The position numbers were made by a program, and so were the translations under genes. The notes under the pieces were generated by a model, which saw only the letters and a list, made by a program, of their open reading frames with translations, did no database searches and had not been told where the DNA came from. A DNA stretch of 59,024 nucleotides, counting the filler, from Sphacelaria rigidula (taxonomy: Eukaryota), in the NCBI GenBank assembly GCA_964200075.2. It is 8 parts of 8 records of this genome, joined end to end, with 100 filler letters (N's around TTAATTAATTAA, not from the genome) between each part and the next. Parts side by side here need not be neighbours in the genome. Positions count along the whole stretch, not along the records: positions 7,392 to 14,682 come from CAXNAA020015600.1; positions 14,783 to 22,073 come from CAXNAA020015601.1; positions 22,174 to 29,464 come from CAXNAA020015602.1; 5 more parts are not named here. The stretch is one strand, 5' to 3'. Each line of letters begins with the position of its first letter. Position 1 is the stretch's first letter. Shown here in pieces: positions 12,591 through 25,600 of the stretch.

Positions 12591-13956
12591 CTGCGGTGGT
12601 GAGTGAACAGTATAGACAAAATACAGGTAGAATACGCCGGACGGATCAGTACCCGAGCGAGGTCTGTGTAGTCAACCTTCCATGTAGTCTCCATACAAAA
12701 CGGACGCTTCTGCGGCGGACATACTTTCGCAATAGGGAAATAATTCATGTCCAGGGATACGGCGCTCGTATCCATCGGGAACAAAGATTAAGATCGTGCA
12801 AGCCGTGACAGATTTCTGACCCGTCCGACGTGTGACTATTTGACCACTTCAATATAGATGTTGATATAACAGGTACGCAAAGTACGTTTGACAGAAAAAG
12901 AGTCCATCTACTTCGCTGGCTCGGCAGTAACACTTACACATCTGGTTTGGGGGGTTCTTGAATTGCCGGAGAATACTCTACTGCGCACCGTAACTTCACG
13001 ACACTACAGGCGCCGACCGCAAAACAGTGTGTAACGGTTTCACAGTCATACCGGTTGAGCATTTGCAAGCAGATGCCTACCTGTTGGAATACAGGCCGCA
13101 CGCGCAGCAAATTGCTCACCTTTCTGGTCTTCCATCTAGGACTTCTTGCTGTTGCGTGGGTGCAGTACTCCAGGAACTATCTTAGCGGCTGGACAGCACA
13201 GACAGTACACTACAGATCGCAGTCAATCATGAGCTAGACACACATGGCACTACTGTAGGGCAACGTGACCAGAGCCGCGCTCCATCGTGTCATACTCGAT
13301 GAGGGATGATCTATGACAGAACAAGTTGGAAGATTTTGGATTCAAACTCACTCGCGTGCTGTTGTTACTGTCTGCGGTTCTCTCTGGGGAAAGACGACGG
13401 TGAGTGATTGCCACAAGGCTTTTATCAAAAGTCTCTTGTTCAAGATAGTATATGCCATCAATACCGCGCTCTTCTCAGTCATCCTTGGCCGTTTGTGCGG
13501 TATACACAGCAACAGGGCAGGGAATCTCATTTGAGCTTGATGACACCAAATGTCAGAAAGACACCACGATGTGGTACTGTTGTACAACAACAGTACAGTA
13601 TACAGTACAGCGCATCACAGTACAACAGATAATACAGTAATTCACGACTCGTCGGCCATACAAGATACGGTACAGAACACCCTCACAAGTATCCTGTCGC
13701 ACCTTGACATAATCAATTTTTGCGGCGTATCACATAGTAGTCCAAGAAATCATTCAGATTTTAACATGCAAGTACTCCATTAAAGCTATCTCAAGTTGTG
13801 TTCAGTCCCGACTGTGCAGCGCCCTAGTGAAATACTGCTGTCGTACAGGCGCATTCACGGCCATCACCCCAAATATATTCACCCGCAAAACTTCACGCGG
13901 TTTGATCCTGAAAATTTGCACATTGCACACATGTCAAGTCTTTTTATGGCGAAACA

Positions 13957-14682
13957 TGAATACGAGCTGGACCAGCATAGAAACGGATTTGTGCTCTCAA
14001 AGCACTACAGTACAGTATCTTATCGACACAGACGAGCTGGGCCATGATCCGTATATCGTGTATTAATCGTCTAATGAAGGGGAAGGTGCCCAGCTGCTCA
14101 AAAGTCTGTAGCAATATTTTCTCGTTGATTAAACCCATGTCTAGAGGTATCGCTACATCTAACGGAGATAGCACCCATACTGAAATCTATATGGAACCCC
14201 GATCGATGCACTCAGCGGATGACGACGATTTTTGGTGTGGACATTCCGTGGAGCACGAGTAGACGATAGATACCCTCACCTTCACCTAATTTGTTATCTA
14301 TCTCGAGATACGGCGCACATAAGTGTCAATACTAAAATCAATATATTACGAGCCGAGGCGTTGGATGAACTAAATCTAGGTATCGCGTCTCAGTTTTTGA
14401 GAGTGATGCCATGAGATTTCGTATGGAGAACCGCTACAGTAGTGCATAATAAAGCTAAAAGACAGCTTTTTCAGTTTTTTCGGGTTTGGTCGGGATCCTA
14501 TTAGGTCCATAGCGGCAGTTTGGAGCAGAAATGAGCACTGCTCGTCGGTCTTATCTCCACTTTTCAGCTCAATTCGTAGAATCGTGATTTGAACCTCAGC
14601 ATGGAGAACCACAGTGGTATGTATGCTGAAGAAAAAATATATGGGCCTTCATTCGGGGGGAGGGGGGGGGAGGTTCGTGCGT
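13957..14682 (+). repeat. ~700-bp dispersed repeat, copy 1
   Basis: Collinear with the reverse complement of 38551-39236 (e.g. GCGGATGACGA..TTTTTGGTGTGGACATTC). Confidence 0.85.
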
Positions 14683-14782
14683 NNNNNNNNNNNNNNNNNN
14701 NNNNNNNNNNNNNNNNNNNNNNNNNNTTAATTAATTAANNNNNNNNNNNNNNNNNNNNNNNNNNNNNNNNNNNNNNNNNNNN
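14683..14782. other. Artificial contig spacer
   Basis: N44-TTAATTAATTAA-N44. Confidence 0.99.
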
Positions 14783-15042
14783 CCCTATCGTACTTTTCTT
14801 CCATACAGCCCTATCAACTATAGCTGGCAACCTCTTTCTCTGCATGTTCTTTACGCTATACTGCCATCGCAATTTATTCATGTCTCTGTTTATAGTGAGT
14901 ACATCCCCAAATCTGCTCTCAAAACTGTATTACTCGTCATTTTCGAGCATCCAAGCATTTTCTTAGCTGCTGCCATCTGTACTGTTTCTACCCTCTCCAC
15001 CAACTTCGCGTTCCCCTCCCATACTTCTTCTGCATATTCCAG
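14783..15042 (-). mobile_element. Non-LTR retrotransposon (LINE) ORF2 C-terminal fragment
   Basis: LEYAEEVWEGNAKLVERVETVQMAAAKKMLGCSKMTSNTVLRADLGMY resembles the post-RT region of LINE ORF2; it is followed by an in-frame stop. Confidence 0.8.
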
Positions 15043-16139
15043 CAAGGGGAGAGGGGTGTACTCATGATCATGGCAAGGGGGGGGGGGGTCCAAAGTATCT
15101 GACGACAAAAAATGGAGAAAGAAGTGCTGGTATCTGACCCTTATTTGAAGTATGGTGCGATAGTGCGAAAACGCACAGCATACGGTACACATTTCACCAT
15201 ACTCCATTGTATTTAGTTCCTACACCCACACTGAAGCCTACTCATCAGAAGAGCGATGCACACTGAACAGACGTATTTTCTACAGGGCCACGTTTTGTAA
15301 ATCAACCGAATGGTTTGGCTCCACCCTGACTTGTCCTCACTCCTTCGATATTGCTTTGCATGACCCCGGTCTGACTAGTTCTCATTTTCCCGTTGACAGC
15401 AATAATACTTTAAGCAACAAGCACAATAGCAACAATCCTCCAAAACTGCATACCAACAATAATTCAAAGTTGAAAAGAATTTCAGTTTGCAGTCTGACAG
15501 GATAGGAGGAAGTGGAAACACGAAACATGAGCAACACTGCAGACCCGTGAGGATGAATCAACCGCAGACTCGAGTGGTGGCTCGAGCGGGGGCGGTTCAT
15601 CTGCGCCACCGGGGCTGCCCATGCGGTCCCCCTACTTGAAAATTGGTGCCCTACCAAGCTTGGTCCTTAACCCTTTGGGACGCCAGATATCTTTCGGAAC
15701 AGTACATAACCGGCTGAACGTTCCACGCCAGAGAGCTCTCCCCCCCCCCCCGACGCTGTAGCCGGGAAAATTTTCCTTGTATATTTAGCTAGCAAAAGCA
15801 CCTTCAAACATGCATACACCACCTCGTTTACGATCCACTAACCCCCTTGCCGTACACACACATCAAAGGTTTATAGCTTTAAAATCAAAGCGCTTGTTCT
15901 TGTACACATTTTCCGAGCGGTTTAAATAGCCAGATTAAAGCGCCTGATTCTACTTCAATCTTCTCCCGGCGATTCAAAGCAGAGTTCATCTATGGCATTC
16001 CGCACCCCACGCGCGTAACCATTTGGGCGTCCGTAGATGGACAGGCGGGTCTGACAAGTCACCTTGAAAGGTGAAACGGACGCGCATTCAACACGTGGAA
16101 ACACCTCTGGGCGCTCAAAGGGTTAACATTCAGCATCAC

Positions 16140-19100
16140 CTGGCATTGCTTCTCGACGTCATGAAACCGGCATCACCGCCGCTTGCCGCCCCCCCCCCGC
16201 CCCCCCCGCCACCATCATATCCGCCTCCTCTGCCACCGGCGCCGCCGCCACCGCCGAAGCCTCCCCTTCCTCTCCCACCTCCGCCGTACCTAACGTATAA
16301 GCCGGGCGACTCGGTCACTTTCATTGTGTACTCATCCGCCGAGGGTTTGGAATCATACAGTGAAGATAAATCAATGAATTGATTGATGCACTCGAATTCG
16401 ACCCCCCACCCCTCTCTCCGTCTCGAGAGAGATGTGTGGTCAATGCTTAAACGACCAAGGCAAGCAAAATATCAGTACGTCCCTCCTCCCTCCCTACTCC
16501 GTTCCCTCCGCCGCGACCACATTTCCAGATCGCGTAGAGATCCAAATATCGCTCAAGGCCAAATTTGGCCAGTCAGAATTGTTGTTTCTTGTGAGCTATA
16601 CGCAGAGCACGCCTATTTTTACGGACAGGGTGGACGTTGAGCATGTTTGATACAGTAGTGCAGGACAAGGATCCTTACGAGCGCTGCATTGAGCCAACGC
16701 GGAAGTGAGGGTGATTTTTTTTTCTGCCGAGGCGTTTTTGCGGGGTGCTTGCTGCACAAGGTGTTATGTACATACAGCAAGCGGTTCACGCTGGCTGGGT
16801 TCTCTGTAGTACTACTTGCGATATAGGAAAACAACACGCTCTCTGCTCCACACCCTGGACAACATACATATGGTCAATAGTTGCAGCACCATAGAAAAAA
16901 TGTACTGCAACTATTATATATGCATGTAAAAAAATTATACTGCGTCAAGTATGGGCACACTGCAACTATTATTGGATCGACAACAGTTGCAACAGGCCTA
17001 TACTGTACGCAGTACGTTTTCTTTCTAATGCAACTATTGGCCATATCTTGTCCAGGGTGTGCTCTGCTTATGCTTACCACAACAGTCTCGGTTCCAGGGT
17101 GCACAAGTGCTGCCTATAAAAGCTCCGAGCGTGTTCAGATGTTGCGCCGCAGCTCATATCGGCTGTACGGTACAAAGCTCTTCCGTCAACGATCAGAAAA
17201 CTATGTATATAACACACATCCGCACAAAACAATCAGTGTCATCGGTCTTCACTGCACACACAGTCTACGTTGTTTTCATTTCTTCTCCGTAGTTCACCAC
17301 AACAGTTCGCGTGCAGCCACTTTGTGAAGACAAGAGGGGGCAAGCGGATCGCGAGGATTGCGGAAACATGAACCATACGTTCCTTGTTCGTGTGCTCCAA
17401 TCTTCCAGTGGTCTTGGACAACGGTCACGTGTATATAGCTTAATCGCCCACGTGGGTGAATATGGGAATCGAATTCCAAATTTCGATAGATCCACCACGA
17501 TATATCCAGGATATATCATATCAAAATTGCGATAAATTACGTGATATCTCGACACTGTGTCGTATCCCTTATCCTGCGATATAACGTGCGACATCACGTA
17601 CCGTACGATGTATCGCGGGATACGATATACCGTATGTGTACTATCACGCGTGAAAACCAGGTTGGTTCTAGGTTCTATTGATGGACGTTTTCGCGAAATT
17701 TTGATGAGAATATCTCAATATCGTATCCGATATCGTGCGATATCACGCGATACGATGCATCGGACACCGTATCGATATCACGGGTTTTTCCACCCCGCAT
17801 ATAAGACGTTGTACCCCGTGGAGGTTTCTCGATACTCATCATGACGATATTGGGCGATTTGCAGGGAAACACAATGGACCATTTGATCAATCACAAATAT
17901 TAAACTAGCGACTCGACTCTCCTTATGCTAGTTTCTTCAACTACTGTATAAATTTCCGGGAAATATGCATGGTTGATCTGGGAATCTCTCCTTCGTGATC
18001 AAGAAATCCACGCCCTCCGTCAAAGAGGATCCCCCCACCCCCTCCCCCTGCCCCGCGAAAGGAGGCATTTTGAATGACTGTCCGTGATACTATTCCGAAA
18101 TGAAGCTAGCGGTCGAGGGCTTACTTGGATGTGCAGAAGGACTACTGTGTAGCCAACACAACAATCTGTAGTTATGTATTCGTATATTAGACACCATCGG
18201 AGCGTTTCGCTGCACAGCTTCGATTCAGTCACACACGTATATAACGTGAGCGAGGTTACTGAAGTGCAATACTGTTCGATATTTCTCGACTTTTTTCCGG
18301 GCACGTCATCAAGCTTTTTCACAATAGAGATAGCGTCTGATCATCTTGTACTCACGACGCGGATAGAACGGTAGAGAACCCGCGACATGAAACTCGAACT
18401 CGATTTTTTCGTCAAGCGCAGCGGCCACGCCCGCTGAGATTTGTGTCGAATCCAAGCACCTCGTCGATAAATTTCGGCAAATGGTGTCTTGCGATCGCGC
18501 AGGAGAGGGGGGGGGGGGGGAAGGCAAGCGGGTAGTGACCTTCGGTTACGGTACAGATCGAGGTTGTATTCATCACCCTGGATGATCGATACAGACAGTA
18601 TCCACCGGAACCTCGAAGACAGATCTCGACGCAATTTTCGTTCAGCGACACACAGCATTGGGCGTCACTGCACAGCGGCATCGTCTTCATGAAAAGAAAA
18701 AAAGGCTGGAACTCTTTCAAGAAAGCTAAGGGTAGAGTAGAGTAGGTTAGGGTACCATGCCGAAGGATACCCTGCGCTTTCAGCGCGTTCAAAACCCCGT
18801 GTATCCCGGGTCACCTGGAATATCGACTGCTCAAAATACGGAATACAACAGGATACTTGACGTGTCGGCCGGGAAAACGCACCAAGCGTCTCGGAATAGG
18901 TATGACACGGGGCCGTACCCGTACCCGTACCCGTACCCGTACCCTCACCGCACCCACTTTGGAAAAACTTTGTTTTAGAGGGGTGTTATCCACCGTGCGC
19001 CACCGGGGTGAAGCGCACTTCACTTGTGTGACTCGTACGTTACTATCATCCTCGACTGGGGATACGTGAGTTGTAATACGATGTACGAGTATGGCACACC

Positions 19101-19854
19101 CATCGGAAAGAAAATGGAAAACACGATTTTCTCGTGAAATTGGGCGGCCCACGGCCGACGCCGAAATGTTATGCCGTTGGAAATGCCTCGTGGAGATCTT
19201 GAGGCACACCGGATGTTAACTTTTAGACAGAAAAGATCGAGGCTGTTCCTTCATTGCTTTGGGCGACGAATTCTGAACACTATGGTGCCGTGGTGATGTG
19301 ACGACAATCAATCTCCCACAAAATCTACAGGTTAATCTGATCAAGGGGTGTGGTATCGTGCGTACATAGGCGGTCAACGGGTCACGACAACCTCACGTAG
19401 CAGCAACAGAAAAATTCAGTACGAGCAGATCAGAAAATCCACCCAGTCACGAAATGTGATTCCCTGAGTGCATCTGGAAGCAACAAACGCTGCATATATG
19501 TCGTATGTATAGTGCAGTACAGCTGGTGCCGCTGATATCGTCGAACACCGAAAACATGCACGCTGGAGCTACATGAGAATACACCGTCTGTAGTCGTACG
19601 GTATGATAATTATAAAATAATAGTCGTACAGTATGTATTCTGAAGAGAAGTCTTCCCGCATTCCGCAAGTAACACACACGCTGCACCATCGGTTCTCACT
19701 TGTTCTTGTAGTACTCCCCACGCCCCCCCCCTCCACCGCCGCCGCCGCCTCCACCCCCACGTCCTCCTCCACCTCCACCGCCACCCCTACCACCACCTCC
19801 ACCACCATACTTATTCTTGTAGTACTCGCCACGCCCACCACCCCCATAGCTCAT
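16140..19854 (-). CDS. Gly/RGG-rich N-terminus of a protein (exons 19854-19700 and 16289-16140), 3' partial
   Basis: MSYGGGGRGEYYKNKYGGG...RGEYYKN-AA|GTGAG joins TTAG|G-TAC to rebuild KYGGGGRGRGGF..., recreating the RGEYYKNKYGG repeat across the junction. Next donor GT at 16139. Confidence 0.75.
16849..17061. mobile_element. hAT-type MITE
   Basis: TIR CACACCCTGGACAA / TTGTCCAGGGTGTG; 8-bp flanks CTCTGCTC / CTCTGCTT; internal TGCAACTATT subrepeats. Confidence 0.85.
18915..18944. repeat. (CCGTAC)n microsatellite
   Basis: About 5 tandem CCGTAC units. Confidence 0.85.
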
Positions 19855-20903
19855 GGTAACCCTACCTTCAGGGTCGTGTTGGCGACAAGGGGACGACAGG
19901 TGCAAACCGTAGTGGAAACTTGACGCGTGAGCAAGGATAACAAAGGATAGGAGTATCTTCAGGATATTAGATTGCTGGAACTGATTGATGCTGAGTTTTC
20001 GAGATTTTGTTGCAGGTATTTCTGTTGCCGCTGCTGCCGCACGCCAGAGGAACGCCAAGAGCATGAAAAAGTGGGTGGGGATATGCGATGCAGGCAAGGT
20101 GATGCTTTTACTTTTTACATGATAATATTTTGCTGGCAGTACAGTTTCATACCCGCGGTGGTGAAATGAATAACAAATAGCAATAACTGTCATGGAAGGA
20201 GGTAGTATCTGCACCAAACCATCGCAGAGGTTATCCCTCATGCTGAAATTCATTCTGGTACTATCAATGAGAATCATATTTGCTTTATAGAGACTTGGAA
20301 GAGAGGCAAAAAATGACGCATTTTCTATCGGATACTGTCATGGTAAAAACGAATCACGATTTTTTACATGGCATTTCTGGTGTTGATATTCATAATTGAT
20401 GTTTGACGCATTTCGTAAATCAAGATTTTCTTTTTGAAATTTATTATGCAGTTCATTTACAATGGATCATATTTCAGTGGACTGTGGTGTTTTAGACTCT
20501 AGACAGTAGAGGTGTAGTCAAGGTGCAGCCGAGAGGAGATGGGGGATATATTTGGATAATGACACACCTTTACGCGTACCTTCAAAATCGACCAACGGCC
20601 AACTCAAAACAAACCGAACGGGAAATCCCAGAGATCGAAAGAGGGGTAGGACAGGAGCCGGGACGACGGAGAGACAAGGAAAATATAGGGGGGTAAAAGG
20701 GCTAGCTTCATCGCCAGGTTCTTCAGGGATAAAGAGTCAAGGGAGGTGATATCCGTAGTACATACGAGGGAGGAGTTGTGCTGTATTTTGTGATAAATCT
20801 GCTCCAAAAGTCTGCAGCCGTTGGAACTCAGTATATCGGGCACGACATCTTGGATCAAACCTCAGGAGATACATCACAAGAGGGTTTGAGGACAAAGCAC
20901 CGT

Positions 20904-21806
20904 ATGTTCGACACGAGGCAGGCGACACGGTGGAGCCCTCGCCGTGCGTCTCTTAACAGCGAAAACGAGGGTGAGGGCAACAGCAGCAACAGTAACAGCA
21001 ATAACGTCGCGACTACTTCGCCATTCTCCCTCCGACGCCGCGGTCGTGGAGGCAAAGAGGGCCTAGTAAATTCGTCAGCATCGCATCCAGAAAGTCATCA
21101 CCACAGCAGCAATAGCAACCAACGGCCGCCTCTAACCGCTGCCGACAACGGCGGCGACCCTTCACCAACGCACCCACACTCCCCACGAGCAGGTGGTGGT
21201 GGAAGCGGTGGTGGAGGCCTGGCTGCCTCACCCTCATCTCTCGGCATGTCAAAGAGACCCACAGCTGCGAGCAACAACAACAATAATGGTAAGACGGGGT
21301 TGGTGAGCCGTTTTGGCTTCAAACCGCCCCCTGGCACATCCCTGTCTCCGCGACGTCCCTCTGGGACGTCCGCGAGTGCTGGCGAGGACGGAACGCCGAA
21401 TAGTGCCATCACCAGCGCGATCATGTCAAGGATAGCTTCATCTTCATCCAATACCTCCAGCAGGCGACTAGGAGTAGGGGGTGGTGGTGGATCCGACGCC
21501 AGTGATGTTATCGACGCGAGTCCTGCCACGGTAGCCGCCAAGGTTAAAGCAGTGACTAGAGGGGCCGCGACTAGAGGTACCGCTGCTATGACGAGGGCAA
21601 CGACAAGGTCAACGAGGGGCACGGCAACGGCGGCTGCGACTGGTGGGGGCCGTGGTGGTGGAGGTGGTGGTGGAGGTGGTGGTACTAGTAATGGGACGGG
21701 ATCATTCTTGCGCAGTAGTGGGAGAAGGACGGCCGCCACGGGAGCGGGATCTGGGAGGGCGGGGACGAGGTCGGTGGCAGCGTCGGCGTCGAGGCGCACG
21801 TCCATG
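20904..21806 (+). CDS. Low-complexity Ser/Gly/Thr/Arg-rich exon of an unknown protein, 3' partial
   Basis: About 300 open codons from ATG 20904 (MFDTRQATRWSPRR) ending at donor ATG|GTGAGG. No domain recognised; start not certain. Confidence 0.6.
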
Positions 21807-22073
21807 GTGAGGACTTTGTGTTGCAGTCAGTCTCCATGATTTTTCCGTTTTGGGAAATATTGTAGGTGATAGGTGATATTAGCGCTCATATTTCGGATCG
21901 TACAGGAAAGGGATTCGAGACCTCTGACCATGTCTACCGTAGGTGCTATTGTCTGCAGCAGTGTGTCGAAAGGGGGGGGGGGGGGGGGGGGGGGGGGGGT
22001 GGCTCCGTGGAGGGACTGTCAACCGGGGCAGGAGGGGAGGACGGTGTTGCCCACGTGAGTTGTCCGCATGTAC

Positions 22074-22173
22074 NNNNNNNNNNNNNNNNNNNNNNNNNNN
22101 NNNNNNNNNNNNNNNNNTTAATTAATTAANNNNNNNNNNNNNNNNNNNNNNNNNNNNNNNNNNNNNNNNNNNN
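22074..22173. other. Artificial contig spacer
   Basis: N44-TTAATTAATTAA-N44. Confidence 0.99.
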
Positions 22174-22660
22174 CTTCGCCCACATGAGAAGCGTGTAGCA
22201 GTCTGAAATCAGCCATAACGCCCAAATCAGTCGCGTCGTGCAGCACGAAACAAGCTTTAACAGTAGTTATCATCATCGCCTCCGTGCACGTTTTTGGCCG
22301 GTTTTGGGGGGGGGCTATCTCGGCAGCAGTCTGTTGTTGTACATGAGGGAGCGCTTCTGCGCCGTGTTAGTGTCACTGGCCGTCGGTCATTGCTGTGGTT
22401 GCTGTGGTTGCTGTGATTGCTGTGATTTGCTATCGGATTTGCTTCCAACCCATGAATCGGACACGTTATTCTTGGACTTTTGTAGAAGAGTCTTCGTATT
22501 TCTCCGCATGTGTGGTGAAAGTTACACCTTGCTGCTGCTGGCGTATGATCGATCTTGCGGGCGCTGTCGCCAGTAGTTGATGGAGTCATTGAACACTGTC
22601 GTTGCTCCTCTCCTCTCGCCCCTTGGACTGTAAATCGTCCTGCCGAAACTAACTGAGCAG

Positions 22661-25600
22661 GCTGAGCCGGTTCGTAGCCAGGCATAAGTCTTTGCTCAAC
22701 GCGCTGCTACACCAAAACCCGACGTTGCTTGACAAAAGCTTGTCGGCGATGGTGCACAGCCCGCGCTGCCGACAGCACCTGGACTTCGAGAACAAGCGAG
22801 CATTTTTCAGGTGCATTTGGAACATGGCCCCTCACAAGGAATGTTTTTTTGAGTCTCGTGAATTGATCAACCCGCCGCGTGCTGAAGAAGAAACACGAGG
22901 CAGCTAGCTGACCTAACGTCACTTTGATGTTTATGTCCACCATTTGATCGCGTCGCTCTTTTCTCTGCCTCGCGTCTGTGTTAATTTTTCTGGGTCCTAT
23001 TCTTTTGGGGGTAGTTCGACGGGTGACCACGGGGGGCGTACGCATGAGATGCCAGTTTTGACCTAAAATACTGCGCAAACATCGGAACGATTTTTAATGT
23101 GAAGACGACGATGACGACGACGACGGCGACAACAATAAAAACAATAATAACACTAACTGCACAGATGTCAAACAAGATGCCGAGCTCTACACTCGTTTCA
23201 AAGTGTGTACATATAAATATATATATATATATATATACGTCGGACTGTCTGACACCTTTTGTCTCGCTTACTGCTCTTGTAGGTCTCAGCTGAGGAAACT
23301 GCGGCAGCACTCTACCCGGAGATACGGCTCTTTGCGTCTCACCGTGCCTCGCAGTCAGGTGTGGCCGCGTACCCTGTTTTTTCCCTGGGGTAGGGGGCTT
23401 CGTGCCGTTGGTGGTGGTGCCTGTTTCGCCTTTGTTCATTTCACAATCTGTTCATTGTTGTTGTCTTCTCTTTTTGTTCGGGGCGGTGGTTTTGTGGGCG
23501 ATAGACACGCGTTACGTCTTGCAGTAGTTTGTTTTATGTTGCCTTACTTTCGAGTGTTTGCTACTCTCTGGGGTGTCTGTCTTGTTGGCCAAGAGATGGC
23601 TGCGGTTGATTTGTCGACGAACGTACCCCCGTGTGTGTTGTGTTTTCAGTGTTTTACCAGCGTAAGCTTTGTTTTTGCTAAGGGGGCGGGCGAAGTGAAC
23701 TCAAGCAATTTTTTCGACTCACATGCGAGGGACAACAGAGCGGCCACGTATTATCATTATTTTTTCATGAAAAGTGAACGCAACGCGACTGCTCTCAACC
23801 AACCGTGTGCTGTCCCCCCCTGTATTTTTCTGCGGCGTATTTGACGCTGTCGGCTTTCAACTCGGGGTTTTCTGTTGTAGGTGTTCGAGTATTCGTTCCA
23901 TCAACTGCGAGTGCGGAATGCCGAAGAGATGCGAGGACGACTACACATCACTTTCCAAAATGAGGATGGTATCGACGCTGGGGGGCTCACGAGGGAATGG
24001 TGAGGCTGGAACATGTATTGTCAAGAAAATTGAATCCCAAGGTTGTGTTCTGCAGCTTTTGCCCGGAAGTGGAGGATTATTGGTTGGCATACTATTGTAA
24101 GGGCGTGTCTTAGCAGATTAGTTCTCGATCGAAACTGTGCGGCGGGAAACAAAAATCCCGATATGATAGGTCGTGATTTCAACCATTGTCGTTAATTTTG
24201 AAGATGGTTGAAATCACGACCTATCATATCGGGATTTTTGTTTCTCACCGCACTTTTTCGATTGAAGAAGAATGTGCTAAGACACGACCTAAACCATACC
24301 GAAACCTGTAGCGAACGTTCCGATATGGATGGGCAGGTGATCGAGCCCCGGTTTCCAACACCCCGGTTTGCTTCGGAAGGTGATTTGCGGACAATATACC
24401 TCTAATACTCGCGTACAAATAGCCGAATTTTAGCAGGCGATATACCCTAGAGAGGACCACCTCGGAAGTTTGTTCGCATCTACCGCCGCGCCTGGGTTGT
24501 CTAACCGATCCAACTGAAGGCTGTCAGGGCGGAAGGGTATTCCGTCGAATCCCGGCGTATGCGCTCGTTTTTTACTGTGCTGAGTAGTTGTCTGATTTCC
24601 CGTCATTGAAGCGTGAGGGCTTGAGTGGCGAAGATAATGATAATGATGATGATGATTTACACGCCGAAATTGGAGCGATGCGGGAGTGAGAGATACAATC
24701 CATGATACAATTCATCTGTCATACTCTTGGCAAAAGATCAGGCGTGTGTCGGGCTAGAGACGGCTTGATCCCTTGAGACGACTAGACGACAGAGTCCTCC
24801 CGAGGAAAGGGACGTTTCAAGAGGCGGAAATAAAATTATGACGAAAGCATGAAATAAAACAAAGCTGGCCTGAGATTTTAGCCGTGCGTGATTGATTGAA
24901 ACAGGGCATTAGAACTGGAACGACTGTAGGGTGATGTTGAAATTGTCCTTGCCTCCTCTGTCTCTGTCTCTGTCTGTCTGTTTCTGTCCGTCTGTCGCTG
25001 CTAACTTCAGCATATTCATGTTCTACGGCACGCTTCTTTCGGTTCATTATCTCATTGTGTGGATATTTCGAAGCACTCGGGTGCGTATTTTACCATGCCG
25101 TCATGCTTTGGCGGCGCTGTGTTTGTTGGAACGGTACTGTACTCATAATAACCCCATCCTCGTCATGCCGTGGCCATTTATCCTCTATCTGCATTCAGGT
25201 ACTCCATTTTGGCGAGAGACATTTTCAACCAGAACTACGCCCTTTTCATTGCCGCGGCGGACGGCGCAACGTTCCAGCCGAACCCTGTATCTCACGTGAA
25301 CTCGGATCACCTTGTGTATTTCAAGTTCGTGGGTCGGATCGTGGGCAAGGCCATCGCGGATGGACAAGCTTTGGATGCCCACTTCACGCAATCCTTCTAT
25401 AAGGCAAGTTCCTGATAGTATCAAGTCTTTTTTTTATTCTTCTCTCATCCTTCTTCAATAATATTTTTGTGATTTTTTCTCTTGCTCGGGTGTGGGGTGT
25501 GTCAGGCCGGTCTTTATAACAGACGGAATTAAAAATCCGGAGAAACGCCTTTTTGGAGCTTGCGCGTTGTTTCACGACCTAATAGACAGCTAGGGGGAGT

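Noticed and set aside
21098..21805. 235-aa minus-strand ORF and other Pro/Gly-run ORFs
   Set aside because: Antisense shadows of GC-rich low-complexity exons or homopolymer translations.
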